Source of the DNA: Myxococcota bacterium
Lineage (GTDB): Bacteria > Myxococcota_A > UBA9160 > UBA4427
DNA length: 47,647 bases
Reading direction: 5' to 3'
Assembly: GCA_036336835.1 (NCBI GenBank)
Contig: JAYZFK010000042.1
Coordinates: 1 to 47,647 of the forward strand
This document shows positions 8,676 to 18,006 of this stretch, piece by piece. The position numbers were made by a program, and so were the translations under genes. The notes beneath the pieces were generated by a model that had not been told where the DNA came from, did no database searches, and saw only the letters and a program-made list of their open reading frames with translations. Position 1 is the first letter of the stretch; each line of letters opens with the position of its first letter.

Positions 8676-10525
8676 TCCTGGCTTCTCCGGATGACGATGC
8701 TCGCGACCACGAGCGCTGCGTAGGCGAACGCGGCGATGATCGAGGTCGACACCAGCACCAGCGGCCCCGCCGCGCCGAGCACCAGCGGATCGGGCACCAC
8801 GCCCGAGCGCAAGCTGACGCCGGCCACCGCCCAGCCGAAGCAGAGCAGGGCGAGGAACCCGAGATCCGGACGACCCGCGAGCACGCCTCCCAGGCCTGGC
8901 ACCGCGAAGCTCCCCAGCTGGGCAGCGCGCTCGACGCGGGCATCGCGCCTGCGCAGCTGCTCGAGGCGAGCGGCACGCAGCGATGGATCCGTGCTCTTCG
9001 AGTGGTGGAACAGCCGGTGGCAGTTGTCGCAGGTCTGGCGATCCCAGACCGTCCCGTCACAGCGTACGCAGACGCGAGCGCCGCAGCGGGAGCACGAACT
9101 GGCGGGCTCGAACCGTCTCGCCAGCGCCACTGAACCCGCCAGGAGGAGCAGCAGCAGCGCGCTCAACAGCCGCCAATCCCGCCCGAGCCGACCGGGCGCG
9201 AGCGGCGCGCGCAGCGTCCGGGCGAACCCGGCTCCTTGCGACGCAGCCAGCATGCGCGAGCGAATCGTCCCGATCGGCAGTGGGAGATCGGCGACGAAGC
9301 CGGAATCGCCCACCAGCGACAGCTCGCCCACGATTTCGTTGCCCAGTTGCTGGGCGCGGATGAGGGCTGTCTCGAACTGCTCCATCCGAAAGCTGCGCGC
9401 ATAGGCCTGCGACAGGTTGAACCACAGGACCGGCGACTCGAGCAATGTCGAAGCAATCTGGTAGTGCGCGACGGCCTCGTCGACGGCGCCGCGACGGAAG
9501 TGGAGATTGGCGAGATTGGTGGCAATCACGGGCTCGCTGGGAAGCTGCTCGGCCAGCGCCTGATAACGCACCAGTGCGTCCTCGAACTGGCCCTGCTGGC
9601 TCGCGTGGGCAGCCAGCGCGTGGGCGGCGAGCAGATCCCCGGCACTCTCCGAGACCCGCAACAGCGCGATGTCGGCGTCGCTCTGGATGCCCTGCCGGAC
9701 AGCGAGTGCCGACTCAGCGACCGGATCAGCCGAGAGCATCGACAGTGCACGGCCCCCGAGCCGGGCGATCGGAAACAACCCGAGTCCAAGCAGCGCGGCC
9801 GCGAGTACGAGCGCCGTGCGCTGGCGCGAGCCGCCGTACAGCGCGCCGATCGCGAACAGAGCGATCACGAGCCCGAGCAGTCCCTCGCCGAGCGCGACGG
9901 GCAACAGCACGACGCTGGCCAGCAGCGCAGCGCGGGCAAACGCCGGCATGCGCGCCGACGCCAGATCGCCGAGGTCGTGCGCCGCTCGCGCGAAGACGCT
10001 CGCTCCGCACATCGCGATGAAGGCGCTGGATCCGAGCACGAGCACGATGGACAACAGCACCAGCAGTGAGCTCGCCAGCCACAACGTTGCCTCTAGATTC
10101 CGCGGCACGGCGAGCAGGGCGGCGAGCAATGAGCGCAACGCCTCGGTGCGCTCAGCATCCTTCCAGCGCACGGATGCCAGGGCGACGTGCGCAAGCGGGA
10201 GGTCGGGTGCCAGCCTCACGGCGAGCAGTGCTTCGGCGAGTTCGCCGCGGTGCCGGGCGGGCGCGATCAGTGCGCGGGCGGGACCGCCGGCATCCCACAG
10301 CCCCGTCTCGAGCGCCACCTTCCGCGCCTCGCTGGCCCCACCACCGAGCACTCGCGCGCTCCCGAGCCGGGCCGGCTGGGTGTCGCTGCGGAGCGTGTGC
10401 GAAGGATTCCCCGAGGGGGTAAGCGAAGACCGGGGGGGAGCCGGCGCGGCCGCGAGTGCCGCCGGTAGCAGGGCGAGTGCCAGCACGACTGCGCCGAGAC
10501 GCTGAATCGAACACTGCAAGCGCAA
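8615..10525 (-). CDS. Membrane TPR protein with Cys-rich (3x CxxC) segment; start uncertain (TTG 10525 or ATG 10585)
   Basis: Signal-peptide-like MRLQCSIQRLGAVVLALALLPAALAA after SD GGGAGAGG; several TMs; TPR-like NLANLHFRRG and FNLSQAY; CSRC..CVRC..CDNC. Confidence 0.75.
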   Translation of the reverse strand: MRLQCSIQRLGAVVLALALLPAALAAAPAPPRSSLTPSGNPSHTLRSDTQPARLGSARVLGGGASEARKVALETGLWDAGGPARALIAPARHRGELAEALLAVRLAPDLPLAHVALASVRWKDAERTEALRSLLAALLAVPRNLEATLWLASSLLVLLSIVLVLGSSAFIAMCGASVFARAAHDLGDLASARMPAFARAALLASVVLLPVALGEGLLGLVIALFAIGALYGGSRQRTALVLAAALLGLGLFPIARLGGRALSMLSADPVAESALAVRQGIQSDADIALLRVSESAGDLLAAHALAAHASQQGQFEDALVRYQALAEQLPSEPVIATNLANLHFRRGAVDEAVAHYQIASTLLESPVLWFNLSQAYARSFRMEQFETALIRAQQLGNEIVGELSLVGDSGFVADLPLPIGTIRSRMLAASQGAGFARTLRAPLAPGRLGRDWRLLSALLLLLLAGSVALARRFEPASSCSRCGARVCVRCDGTVWDRQTCDNCHRLFHHSKSTDPSLRAARLEQLRRRDARVERAAQLGSFAVPGLGGVLAGRPDLGFLALLCFGWAVAGVSLRSGVVPDPLVLGAAGPLVLVSTSIIAAFAYAALVVASIVIRRSQEWAPRCTEIFRTLASPRCSS

Positions 10526-10583
10526 CCCGCCTCTCCCTTGTGCGGCAGAACGCACCGATTCCGGCGCGTCGTCCCGCTGGCTC

Positions 10584-10609
10584 ATCGGCACCCCGACCGG
10601 CCGTCTGAA
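10584..10609 (-). promoter_or_regulatory. Putative sigma28-like promoter of the TPR/DUF4388 operon
   Basis: TTCAG-N15-GCCGAT. Confidence 0.4.
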
Positions 10610-10658
10610 CGGCGGGGACCGACGGTTGCGCGGGCCGCGCCGGCCGACCCCGGCGGCA

Positions 10659-10687
10659 TCGACACCCGCTGCCCCCACGCCTATGAT
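10659..10687 (+). promoter_or_regulatory. sigma70-type promoter of rpsT
   Basis: TCGACA-N17-TATGAT. Confidence 0.65.
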
Positions 10688-10748
10688 CCGCCGCCCGTAG
10701 CACGCGCTACCGCTTGCGAGCCACACGCCAGCGATTACGGAGACCTGC

Positions 10749-11018
10749 TTGGCCAATCACAAGTCCGCCCTCAAGCGCGCCCGTCAATCGGTCGTCCGCC
10801 AGAAACGCAATACCCACATCAAGAGCACAATGCGGACCCACGTGAAGCACTTCCGCGCCGCCGTCGCCGCTGGCGATGCCGACGATGCGGCCGAGAAGCT
10901 GCGAATCGCCGAGCGAGCGATCCGCAAGGCGGCCAGCAAGGGCGTGATCCCGATGCGGCGCGCCAGCCGTTCGGTCGCTCGCCTGTCGAAGCAGCTCGGC
11001 GGGCTCCGAGCGGGCTGA
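10749..11018 (+). CDS. rpsT: 30S ribosomal protein S20
   Basis: MANHKSALKRARQS...KAASKGVI; TTG start with GGAG SD. Confidence 0.97.
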   Translation: MANHKSALKRARQSVVRQKRNTHIKSTMRTHVKHFRAAVAAGDADDAAEKLRIAERAIRKAASKGVIPMRRASRSVARLSKQLGGLRAG

Positions 11019-11030
11019 CCCGTTCGATCG

Positions 11031-12005
11031 TCAGCTAGAGAGCGCCAGCACCAGACGTTCGATCGCGAGCTGCGGCTCTAGGACGCTCGCACCCTTGATC
11101 GCCACATCGGTGTCGTGGATCGCCTGCATGCACGCGCGGAGCCGGCCCGGTGAGAAGCGCCGCGCCTGGACTTCGAGCTTTCGCTTCACGAAGGGAGGCC
11201 CCGCGACGGCGGCGCCACTGCGAACGCGACTGAGCTTGCGGAAGTGAGCAGCCAGGGTTCCGAGCAGCATCGGTGGTACGACGTCGCCCATGCGCGAGAG
11301 GTGGGCGAGCGCCTTGGCGCTGCTGCCATCCCCGATCGCATCCGTCAGATCCCAGATCGGCTGCTCGGCCAGCTGCTGCGTCGCCTGCTCGACGTGCACA
11401 GTCGTCACGGTCTCGCCCGGCCCGGCGAGCAGTGAGCACTTGGCGATCTCCTGACGCAACAGCAGCAGCTGCGACCCGACGAGCTCGGCCAGGCGCTCGG
11501 GCGCACCCTGCGCGAAGACGACACCCTGTCGACCGGCCTCGGCCCGAACGAAGCTCGCAACCCCGCGCGTACCCCTCGGCGCGTCACACTCCACGATCGC
11601 AGCGGGCGCCTTGCCGAGCGCCTTGACCCAGCGCACGCGCTTGTCCGGCTTGGACGCCGCCACGACGAGAACGCTCTCGCGCTGCTCGAGGTGGGCGGGA
11701 AGCGCGTCGGCAAGCGCGTCGAGCAGGTCCTTCGACCGCGCGCGGCGTGTCTCCGGCTCGACGAGCACGACGAGCCGGTGGGCCGCCAGAACGGGCAGCG
11801 CTGCCAGGGCATCGCCGAGCGCGGCCACGGTGGTCGCGTCACCGGGCAGTCGCTGGAAGTTGAAGTCGTCGGCGGCACCGCCCAGCACGCTGGCGCGAAT
11901 CGCAGCCATGGCCTCATCGCGCAGCAGCGCTTGCTCGCCGGCGAGCAGATAGGCGGGCCGGATCTGCCCCTTGGCAAGCTCGCTCTCGAGCTGCTTGGGG
12001 GTCAC
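11031..12005 (-). CDS. holA: DNA polymerase III delta subunit
   Basis: PAYLLAGEQ, LPVLAAHRLVV, EIAK and IWDLTDAI motifs; lptE-holA/rpsT synteny. GTG overlaps the lptE stop. Confidence 0.9.
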   Translation of the reverse strand: MTPKQLESELAKGQIRPAYLLAGEQALLRDEAMAAIRASVLGGAADDFNFQRLPGDATTVAALGDALAALPVLAAHRLVVLVEPETRRARSKDLLDALADALPAHLEQRESVLVVAASKPDKRVRWVKALGKAPAAIVECDAPRGTRGVASFVRAEAGRQGVVFAQGAPERLAELVGSQLLLLRQEIAKCSLLAGPGETVTTVHVEQATQQLAEQPIWDLTDAIGDGSSAKALAHLSRMGDVVPPMLLGTLAAHFRKLSRVRSGAAVAGPPFVKRKLEVQARRFSPGRLRACMQAIHDTDVAIKGASVLEPQLAIERLVLALSS

Positions 12006-12544
12006 GGCCAATCCTCGCTGTTCACCGCATCGACGGCCCGCTCCGCCACGAGCTCGGCCACTCGACGCAGCGCCTCGACGCGGTTCTTGCGCGTGGCCTC
12101 GAGGTCCGCACTGGCAAAGTAGATCTCGGATTCACCAAGCAACCGGCTGGGCAGCCGGTGCCGGCTCGGCCCCGCGGCAGATCGCGTGATCAGCTCGAGT
12201 TCGACTCGCATGGTCACCGTCTGCTCGAGTGCCAGCACCACCGACGACATCGTTCGCGTATGGATCCGCAGCGGCAGCACGCGACCCGAGATCACCCAGT
12301 CTGCCCGGGCGGGGTCGCCCACCAGCTTCACGCGCCCGCGCCGCATCCACTCACGCCGCAAGGCTTCGCTCACCAGCCGGTCGAGCCCCGGCTCCGATGA
12401 CTCGTTGTCGAGCGTGCGGATCGACAGCCGTGGAGCATCGGCGGAGAGCGAACTCGGTGCACGCTCGACGGCGTAGCCGCAGGAGAGCCCGACGGCGGCG
12501 AGCAGCGCGAGGCCCGGCAACGACCACGTGCGAGGGGCAGCCAC
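12002..12544 (-). CDS. lptE: LPS assembly lipoprotein LptE family
   Basis: Lipobox GLSC-GY, N.S.EPGL motif, size and position directly upstream of holA. Confidence 0.8.
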   Translation of the reverse strand: MAAPRTWSLPGLALLAAVGLSCGYAVERAPSSLSADAPRLSIRTLDNESSEPGLDRLVSEALRREWMRRGRVKLVGDPARADWVISGRVLPLRIHTRTMSSVVLALEQTVTMRVELELITRSAAGPSRHRLPSRLLGESEIYFASADLEATRKNRVEALRRVAELVAERAVDAVNSEDWP

Positions 12545-12721
12545 GGCGGCACCCTAGCACGCGGGACGACGAGGCCGGCCCGGGGTCGCACGCATCGAAG
12601 CGCAGCTCGCGACGCACCCGCGCGCTGTGCCGAAGCTCACATTCCGCGTCGGCACAATGCTCGTCGAGCGATCGCAGATCGCCGCCGACGCTCTACAGCG
12701 TCCCGACCTCTTGGGGCGTGG

Positions 12722-13720
12722 TCATCCAGCGCGGCGCTCGCGCGCCACCCGTAGCAGCTCTTCCTCGAGATAATCGCGCTCGACACGCACCGGTTCGGCG
12801 ATGCGCTGCCGGAACAGGTCTCGGCCCTCCTGCAGGGTGGCTTCGAGCGCCTCGAGCACGTTCCCGGTGCGAACCGCGGCCGCGAACTCGTCGGGGTTGT
12901 AGAGCACGATGTCCGACACGATGATCCTGGCGAGCCGCTCCGCCTTCGCGCGCTCATCGGCCAGCTCGTCGTGTTGCGCAGTCGCCGGAGCCGGCGCCGA
13001 TCCAGCTGCCGGCTGTGCGACTTGCCGCTCGACCGGCGGCGCTGGCGTCGGTGCGGGCGCGACCTGTTCGAGCAACATCTCCGACGGCCCCGCAGCCGAG
13101 ACGTTCGAGGCCGCAGGCCCGTCGACCGGCAGGCCGAACTGGCGAAGCAGCAGAGCCAGGCCGTCGGGAAGCTCGGGGCGCTCGATATAGACGTCGGCGC
13201 CGTAGAGCTCGCTCGGCGGGCGGGGGTAGCGAGCTCGATGTTGGATGGCGCCGATCAGCACGACCTGGATGTGCTGCAGCACCTCGTTGCGCTTGACCAC
13301 CTCGCAGATCTGAAAGCCGAACATCTTGGGCAGCGCGGTGTCGAGCACGGCGACGGCCGGAAGCATGCGCTGAATCGTCAGCATCGCCTCGACGCCGTCG
13401 TGCACCAGAATCGGCTGGAGTCCCCACGCGGCGACCGCGGCCGCGGTCTGCTTGCCTGCCTCGATGTCCGAGTCGGCAACCAGCACCATTCGGCTGCGAT
13501 CGACCGAGTCCGGCCGATTCTGCTCGACAACGGTTTCCGGCGGAGCCGCGAGCGGGATATCGGGCTGAGTCGGCGCTGCCAACGGTGGCGTGTAGGACTG
13601 CGCGGCGCGAACCCGGAAGACCGCTTCGCAGCGAGCGCAACGTAGACGCGCACCCGCCGGACCGATCCGCTTCGGGTCGACTCGATACCGGGCCGCACAT
13701 CTGGGGCATGCCGCAACCAT
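12722..13720 (-). CDS. Zinc-ribbon (MJ0042-type) + atypical receiver domain protein with conserved C-terminal helical domain
   Basis: CPRC...CARC zinc ribbon; receiver VLVADSD..VLDTALPKMFG..GADVYIERP (conserved Lys replaced by Arg); C-terminal AERLARIIVSDIVLYN. Confidence 0.8.
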   Translation of the reverse strand: MVAACPRCAARYRVDPKRIGPAGARLRCARCEAVFRVRAAQSYTPPLAAPTQPDIPLAAPPETVVEQNRPDSVDRSRMVLVADSDIEAGKQTAAAVAAWGLQPILVHDGVEAMLTIQRMLPAVAVLDTALPKMFGFQICEVVKRNEVLQHIQVVLIGAIQHRARYPRPPSELYGADVYIERPELPDGLALLLRQFGLPVDGPAASNVSAAGPSEMLLEQVAPAPTPAPPVERQVAQPAAGSAPAPATAQHDELADERAKAERLARIIVSDIVLYNPDEFAAAVRTGNVLEALEATLQEGRDLFRQRIAEPVRVERDYLEEELLRVARERRAG

Positions 13721-13755
13721 CACCTACTCCTGTCCTCGCCGGGTTCCCCGGCGCG

Positions 13756-13989
13756 TCACTCGCCCGTCGCCAGCGCGGCCGAAGGGCAACCAACCTCGGT
13801 CGACTGGGTATTCTCGTCCACCAGCTCGTCGGCGACGACCGGCAAGGCGAGGCCGGTGCGTTCGGCGAGCGGGTCCACTGGGCGCGATCGCAGGGGCCCG
13901 GGCGCCGCGAGATCGAGGATCGCGTCTGCCTCCGAGACGATCTCTCGCCGAGCCCTGATCTGCTGTGAGCCAATGCAACGAGCTGCCAC
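13756..13989 (-). pseudogene. Collapsed cheA-like relic (77 aa)
   Basis: GGAGG SD and GTG right after cheY. RARREIVSEADAILD resembles the start of a CheA Hpt domain; PVVADELV resembles the P5 LVVDELVG segment; no kinase core. Confidence 0.55.
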
Positions 13990-13997
13990 GCCGCCTC

Positions 13998-14384
13998 CTA
14001 CGCGCCCTGCTCTGCTCGCGCGAGCAGGGCCGTGGCGACCTCGAGGAGCTCTTCGGGATCGAACGGCTTCACGAGGTAAGCCGCTGCACCGAGCGACAGG
14101 CCCTTGTCCCGGTCGCGTTCCGACCCCTCGGTGGAAACGATGATCACGGGAATCGACCTCCACTGATCGTTGCGCTTGACGAAGGAAACGAGCTCGAGCC
14201 CATCGATGTCTGGCGTGGTGATGTTGGTCACGATCAGGTCATACTGCTCGCGCGGCAACATCCGGAGCGCCTCGCATCCACTCGCCGCCGAGTCGATCTT
14301 GACCGGCGCCACGAGATCTTCGAGTGTCGCCGTCAGCACGGCGCGCACGGTCTCGGAGTCTTCGACCATCAGGATCCTGCTCAC
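13998..14384 (-). CDS. Single-domain CheY-like response regulator with phosphoacceptor Asp replaced by Asn
   Basis: ILMVEDS, DLIVTNITTPDIDGLELV, IIVST and YLVKPF motifs. Confidence 0.85.
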   Translation of the reverse strand: MSRILMVEDSETVRAVLTATLEDLVAPVKIDSAASGCEALRMLPREQYDLIVTNITTPDIDGLELVSFVKRNDQWRSIPVIIVSTEGSERDRDKGLSLGAAAYLVKPFDPEELLEVATALLARAEQGA

Positions 14385-14472
14385 CGCTGTCCCCCGCCGG
14401 CCGGAGCCGCTGCGCCCCCCGATCCACGGCCCGACGTACGGGTCGCACGCGGCCTCCGCAGGCGTACCGGAT

Positions 14473-14500
14473 GTATCGGAGAGACAACGGCTTTCTTGAG
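14473..14500 (-). promoter_or_regulatory. Putative sigma28-like promoter of cheY
   Basis: CTCAAG-N14-TCCGATAC. Confidence 0.5.
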
Positions 14501-14588
14501 ACGACGACAGGACTTCGGGCGCTCGCACGCACATCGAGCGCACTTCGACCTGTAGCCAACCACCCTCGGTCGTGTCCGAGTTCGAGCG

Positions 14589-14831
14589 CTAGCCAGAACC
14601 CCCGTCCGCTGCGCGCTCGAGCGCCGTGCGATCGAGCGCCAGACCGGCGTGATGCAGCAGAACCTCGAGTCCGCGGGTGTCGGCCGGAGCGCCGCCGCTC
14701 GGGAGATCGTCGCCGTAGAGGATCACACCAACCCGGCCGGAGATCTCGATGGGAGCCAGATACGCCTGTCCAGCCGGTCGATCGCCGAGCGCGGCCGCGA
14801 GCCGTCCGGGCAGATGCGCGATCAGCGACCA
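14589..14831 (-). pseudogene. C-terminal fragment of a GAF-domain protein; no credible start codon
   Basis: AYLAPIEISGRVGVILYGDDLP...LEVLLHHAGLALDRTALER resembles a GAF-domain C-terminus; the upstream part of the frame is occupied by the preceding gene. Confidence 0.6.
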
Positions 14832-15412
14832 GCGGCCCGCGTTGCGAGCGCGCCCCGACTGGCGGCGGGAATCGAACCGATCGGTTCGACGTGAATGGCA
14901 GCGCTCCGTCCACACCGGACCAGCTCTCGGTGCAGCCGGCCGGCCTCGGCTTCCACCACGCACAGCAGAACCGCGGCCGAGCGATCGCCGAGCCCCGCCA
15001 GCGCACCGTCGATGAAGCCCCTCGCGTGGCCAACCAGCTGCTCGGGGTCGCGACCGATCCCGCCGAGGACCACGCTCGACACCCCCAGGCCGGCGACTCG
15101 CTCGAAGGCCGTTCGGATCGCCTGCTCATACGCCGCGTCGCCGAAGGCGCGCTGCGTGCCGAGCCCCACCACGAGCAGCGCATCGCTTGCCAGTCGACCG
15201 CTCGAGCCAACCAACGTGGCCTCGCCCGCCCGACCGGTCATGCTCCCGTTCAGCAGCAGCTCCGTCAGGAGACCACAGAGCCGCCAGTCCGCGCGCCCCG
15301 CCGCTCCGCGCAGCGGCCGCTCGTCTTCGAATACACCTGCCAGCGCGAGCTTTGCGGCCACGCGCTCGAGGGGCCGCGTCTCGAGCGCGATGCGCAGCGA
15401 AGCGCCGCTCAC
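14822..15412 (-). CDS. Stand-alone M17 peptidase N-terminal domain protein
   Basis: FEDERPLRGAAGRADWRLCG...LLVVGLG; no catalytic domain. GTG overlaps the nusB stop. Confidence 0.75.
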   Translation of the reverse strand: MSGASLRIALETRPLERVAAKLALAGVFEDERPLRGAAGRADWRLCGLLTELLLNGSMTGRAGEATLVGSSGRLASDALLVVGLGTQRAFGDAAYEQAIRTAFERVAGLGVSSVVLGGIGRDPEQLVGHARGFIDGALAGLGDRSAAVLLCVVEAEAGRLHRELVRCGRSAAIHVEPIGSIPAASRGALATRAAGR

Positions 15413-15849
15413 CGCCCTTCCTCCCTGAGAGAGCGTGCGGCGCCGTCGAGCACGCCGTTGACGAAGGCCGGGGACGGATCGTCTCCGAAGCGCTGCGCCA
15501 GCTGGACCGCTTCGTCGAGCACGACGGCGACTGGGGTCGCTGTCTGGAGCAGCTCGTAGCTCGCCAGGCGCAGGATGTTGCGGTCGACGACCGCCATCCG
15601 CTCCAGCCGCCAGTTGCGCGCCGCCTTGCGCAGGAGTTCGTCGATCGCCTCTCCCTCGTCCGCGACACCACACACCAGCTCCTTGGCGAATGCCCTCGCG
15701 GCTTCCGGCATCTCGAAGTTCGCGGCAACTTCGTCGAACACCTCCTGCGCGGCCGGCGCCACGCCTTCCTTGACACGACGCACGTCGGAGGCAAACAAGA
15801 CCTGCAGCGCGACCTCGCGCGAGCGATGGCGGGCACTTCCTGCAGTCAC
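15409..15849 (-). CDS. nusB: Transcription antitermination factor NusB
   Basis: RHRSREVALQVLF, NWRLERMAVVDRNILR and FVNGVLD motifs. Confidence 0.96.
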   Translation of the reverse strand: MTAGSARHRSREVALQVLFASDVRRVKEGVAPAAQEVFDEVAANFEMPEAARAFAKELVCGVADEGEAIDELLRKAARNWRLERMAVVDRNILRLASYELLQTATPVAVVLDEAVQLAQRFGDDPSPAFVNGVLDGAARSLREEGR

Positions 15850-16337
15850 GCGTTCACCGACTCGCTGGGCGGATCCACGAGCTGCCGGCACAGGCGCGCC
15901 ATCTCGACGGCAGTGCCCGCGACCTCGGCACCCTTGTCGCCCTCCTTGCCGCCGGTCCGGTCGAACGCCTGGTCGATGGTGTGGGTCGTCAGCACGCCGA
16001 ACGCGATGGGCACGCCCACGTCACGAGCCACCTCGCGCACGCCATCCGTCACGCCCTGACACACGAAGTCGAAGTGCGGCGTGCCGCCCTGGATCACCGC
16101 TCCCAGTGTGACGACCGCATCGTAACGACCGCTGGCGGCCATTGAGCGCGCGGCGTGGGGGATCTCGTAGGCACCGGGAACCCAGGCGACATCGATCGCA
16201 TCCGAGGCCGCGCCGCGAGCTTCCAGCTCGCGCACACAGGACTCGAGCAACCGCACACAGACCAGGTGGTTGAAGCGGGCCACCACGACCGCGAATCGCA
16301 GACCGCTCGCATCGCGCGCGGCTTCGTAGTGACGCAT
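15846..16337 (-). CDS. ribH: 6,7-dimethyl-8-ribityllumazine synthase
   Basis: VVARFN, VPGAYEIP, GAVIQGGTPHFDFV and FGVLT motifs. Confidence 0.96.
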   Translation of the reverse strand: MRHYEAARDASGLRFAVVVARFNHLVCVRLLESCVRELEARGAASDAIDVAWVPGAYEIPHAARSMAASGRYDAVVTLGAVIQGGTPHFDFVCQGVTDGVREVARDVGVPIAFGVLTTHTIDQAFDRTGGKEGDKGAEVAGTAVEMARLCRQLVDPPSESVNA

Positions 16338-16425
16338 GAGCGATCGAGCCTCCATCGGGTCCGTCCCGATCCGTGGACCAGCCTACACCGGGGCGCGGCC
16401 CCGCTGGCAATCGGACACCGTCGAG

Positions 16426-17532
16426 CTAGCGAGCTCCGACGATCCGCGCCGTGACGTGCAGGTCGTCGCCGCGGCGCCGGTGCTCGACCGCCTCGAAGCG
16501 CCGGGCCTCTGCGAGACGCCCGAGCCCCAGCGCACCGAGCGCTGGCAGGCCATCGCCACCGATCAGCCTCGGCGCGAGCATCCAATGTATCTCGTCGACG
16601 CAGTCGCTGCGCAGCAGGGCCGCCGCCAACTCGCCCCCGCCCTCGACGAGCAGCTGGGTCAAGCCCTCGCGAGCGAGGCGCTCCAGGGCCGCCCGGAGAT
16701 CGAGATGACCGCCTCGCCGCCGCACCTCGAGCACGCGGGCTCCTCCCTGCTCACGCACCCGGCGGCCGCGCGCACCGCGCGCGCACAGCACCCACGCCTC
16801 GCCGCGCCGCTCGCGGTACAGCCGCGCACCTGCCGGCACGCGCAGCCGCGAGTCCACCAGCACACGCACCGGGGCGTGGCGAATGCGACCGCCGCGACGC
16901 GCCGTGAGCGCGGGGTCGTCGGCCAGCGCGGTGCCAGCGCCCACCATGATGGCGTCGCTGCGCGCGCGCAGATCGTGGACGAAGGCGCGCGAGCGCTCCC
17001 CTGTGATCCAGCGCGACTCGCCCGAAGCGGTCGCGATCCGGCCGTCGAGCGTGCTGGCGAGCTTGAGCACCACCCAGGGCCGACCGCGCTCGCAGACTGA
17101 GAGAAAGCCGCAGTGGTGCTCGCGGCACGCCGCTTCCAGCACCCCGGTGCGCAGCACCAGCCCAGCTCGCCGCAAGCGCCGCAGCCCGCCGCCCGAGACC
17201 AGCGGATGCGGGTCGCGCAACCCGACCCAGACGCGCGGAATCCCCGACTGCGCAATCAGCTCGGTGCAGGGCCCGGTCCGCCCCTGGTGGCAACAGGGTT
17301 CGAGTGTGACCGCGAGGCTCGCGCGGCGGAGCGATGCCTCCCCAACGCGTCGACGCGCCTGCTCGATCGCGACCCGCTCCGCATGGTCGCCCCCGGCCGG
17401 CTGCGAGTGACCTCGGCCCAGCACCCGATCGCCGCGCACGACCACTGCTCCGACACTGGGGTTCGGAAAGCTTCGCCCCTGTCCCTTGCGCGCATCGTGC
17501 AGCGCCAGGCGCATTGCCGCTTCGGGCTTCAC
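16426..17532 (-). CDS. ribD: Bifunctional riboflavin deaminase/reductase RibD
   Basis: PNPSVGAV, HAE, LEPCCHQGRTGPC, KLASTLDGRIA and VEGGG motifs. Confidence 0.95.
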   Translation of the reverse strand: MKPEAAMRLALHDARKGQGRSFPNPSVGAVVVRGDRVLGRGHSQPAGGDHAERVAIEQARRRVGEASLRRASLAVTLEPCCHQGRTGPCTELIAQSGIPRVWVGLRDPHPLVSGGGLRRLRRAGLVLRTGVLEAACREHHCGFLSVCERGRPWVVLKLASTLDGRIATASGESRWITGERSRAFVHDLRARSDAIMVGAGTALADDPALTARRGGRIRHAPVRVLVDSRLRVPAGARLYRERRGEAWVLCARGARGRRVREQGGARVLEVRRRGGHLDLRAALERLAREGLTQLLVEGGGELAAALLRSDCVDEIHWMLAPRLIGGDGLPALGALGLGRLAEARRFEAVEHRRRGDDLHVTARIVGAR

Positions 17533-17542
17533 GCGCGCGCCC

Positions 17543-18001
17543 TCACGACTCACCGTGCTCGAGCGACTCGAAGAACTCCCGATAGTCCTCGGCTCGCTGG
17601 AAGTCGCGAAACACCGATGCGAAGCGAACAGCCGCCAGCGTATCGATCGCGACCAGTTCCTCCATCGTCTTGTCGCCGAGCCAGCTACTCGGAATCTCCC
17701 GCTCCCCACTCTCGACCAGGCGCCGCTCGATGCGATCGACCAGACGCTCGATGGCATCGGTCGAGATCGGCCGCTTCTGGCAGGCGCGTTCGACGCCCAC
17801 CCGCAGCTTGTGGCGATCGTAGTCCTCGCGGCGCTCGTCGCGCTTGATGATGCGCGGCCACACCTCCTCGACGCGCTCGCGCGTCGTGAAGCGCCGCTGA
17901 CACTCCAGACACTCGCGGCGCCGGCGGACCTCCTGCCCATCCCGAGCCAGCCGGCTGTCGATCACCCGGTTCGTCTGATCAGCACAGAACGGACAGCGCA
18001 T
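17543..18001 (-). CDS. nrdR: Transcriptional repressor NrdR
   Basis: MRCPFC, VIDSR, RRRREC..C..RFTT, ATP-cone, VRFASV. Confidence 0.97.
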   Translation of the reverse strand: MRCPFCADQTNRVIDSRLARDGQEVRRRRECLECQRRFTTRERVEEVWPRIIKRDERREDYDRHKLRVGVERACQKRPISTDAIERLVDRIERRLVESGEREIPSSWLGDKTMEELVAIDTLAAVRFASVFRDFQRAEDYREFFESLEHGES

Positions 18002-18006
18002 CAGCG

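Noticed and set aside
12693..12725. ATGA-coupled mini-ORF MTTPQEVGTL* after the zinc-ribbon gene, possibly another relic
   Set aside because: I found no recognisable motif in it or in its in-frame continuation.
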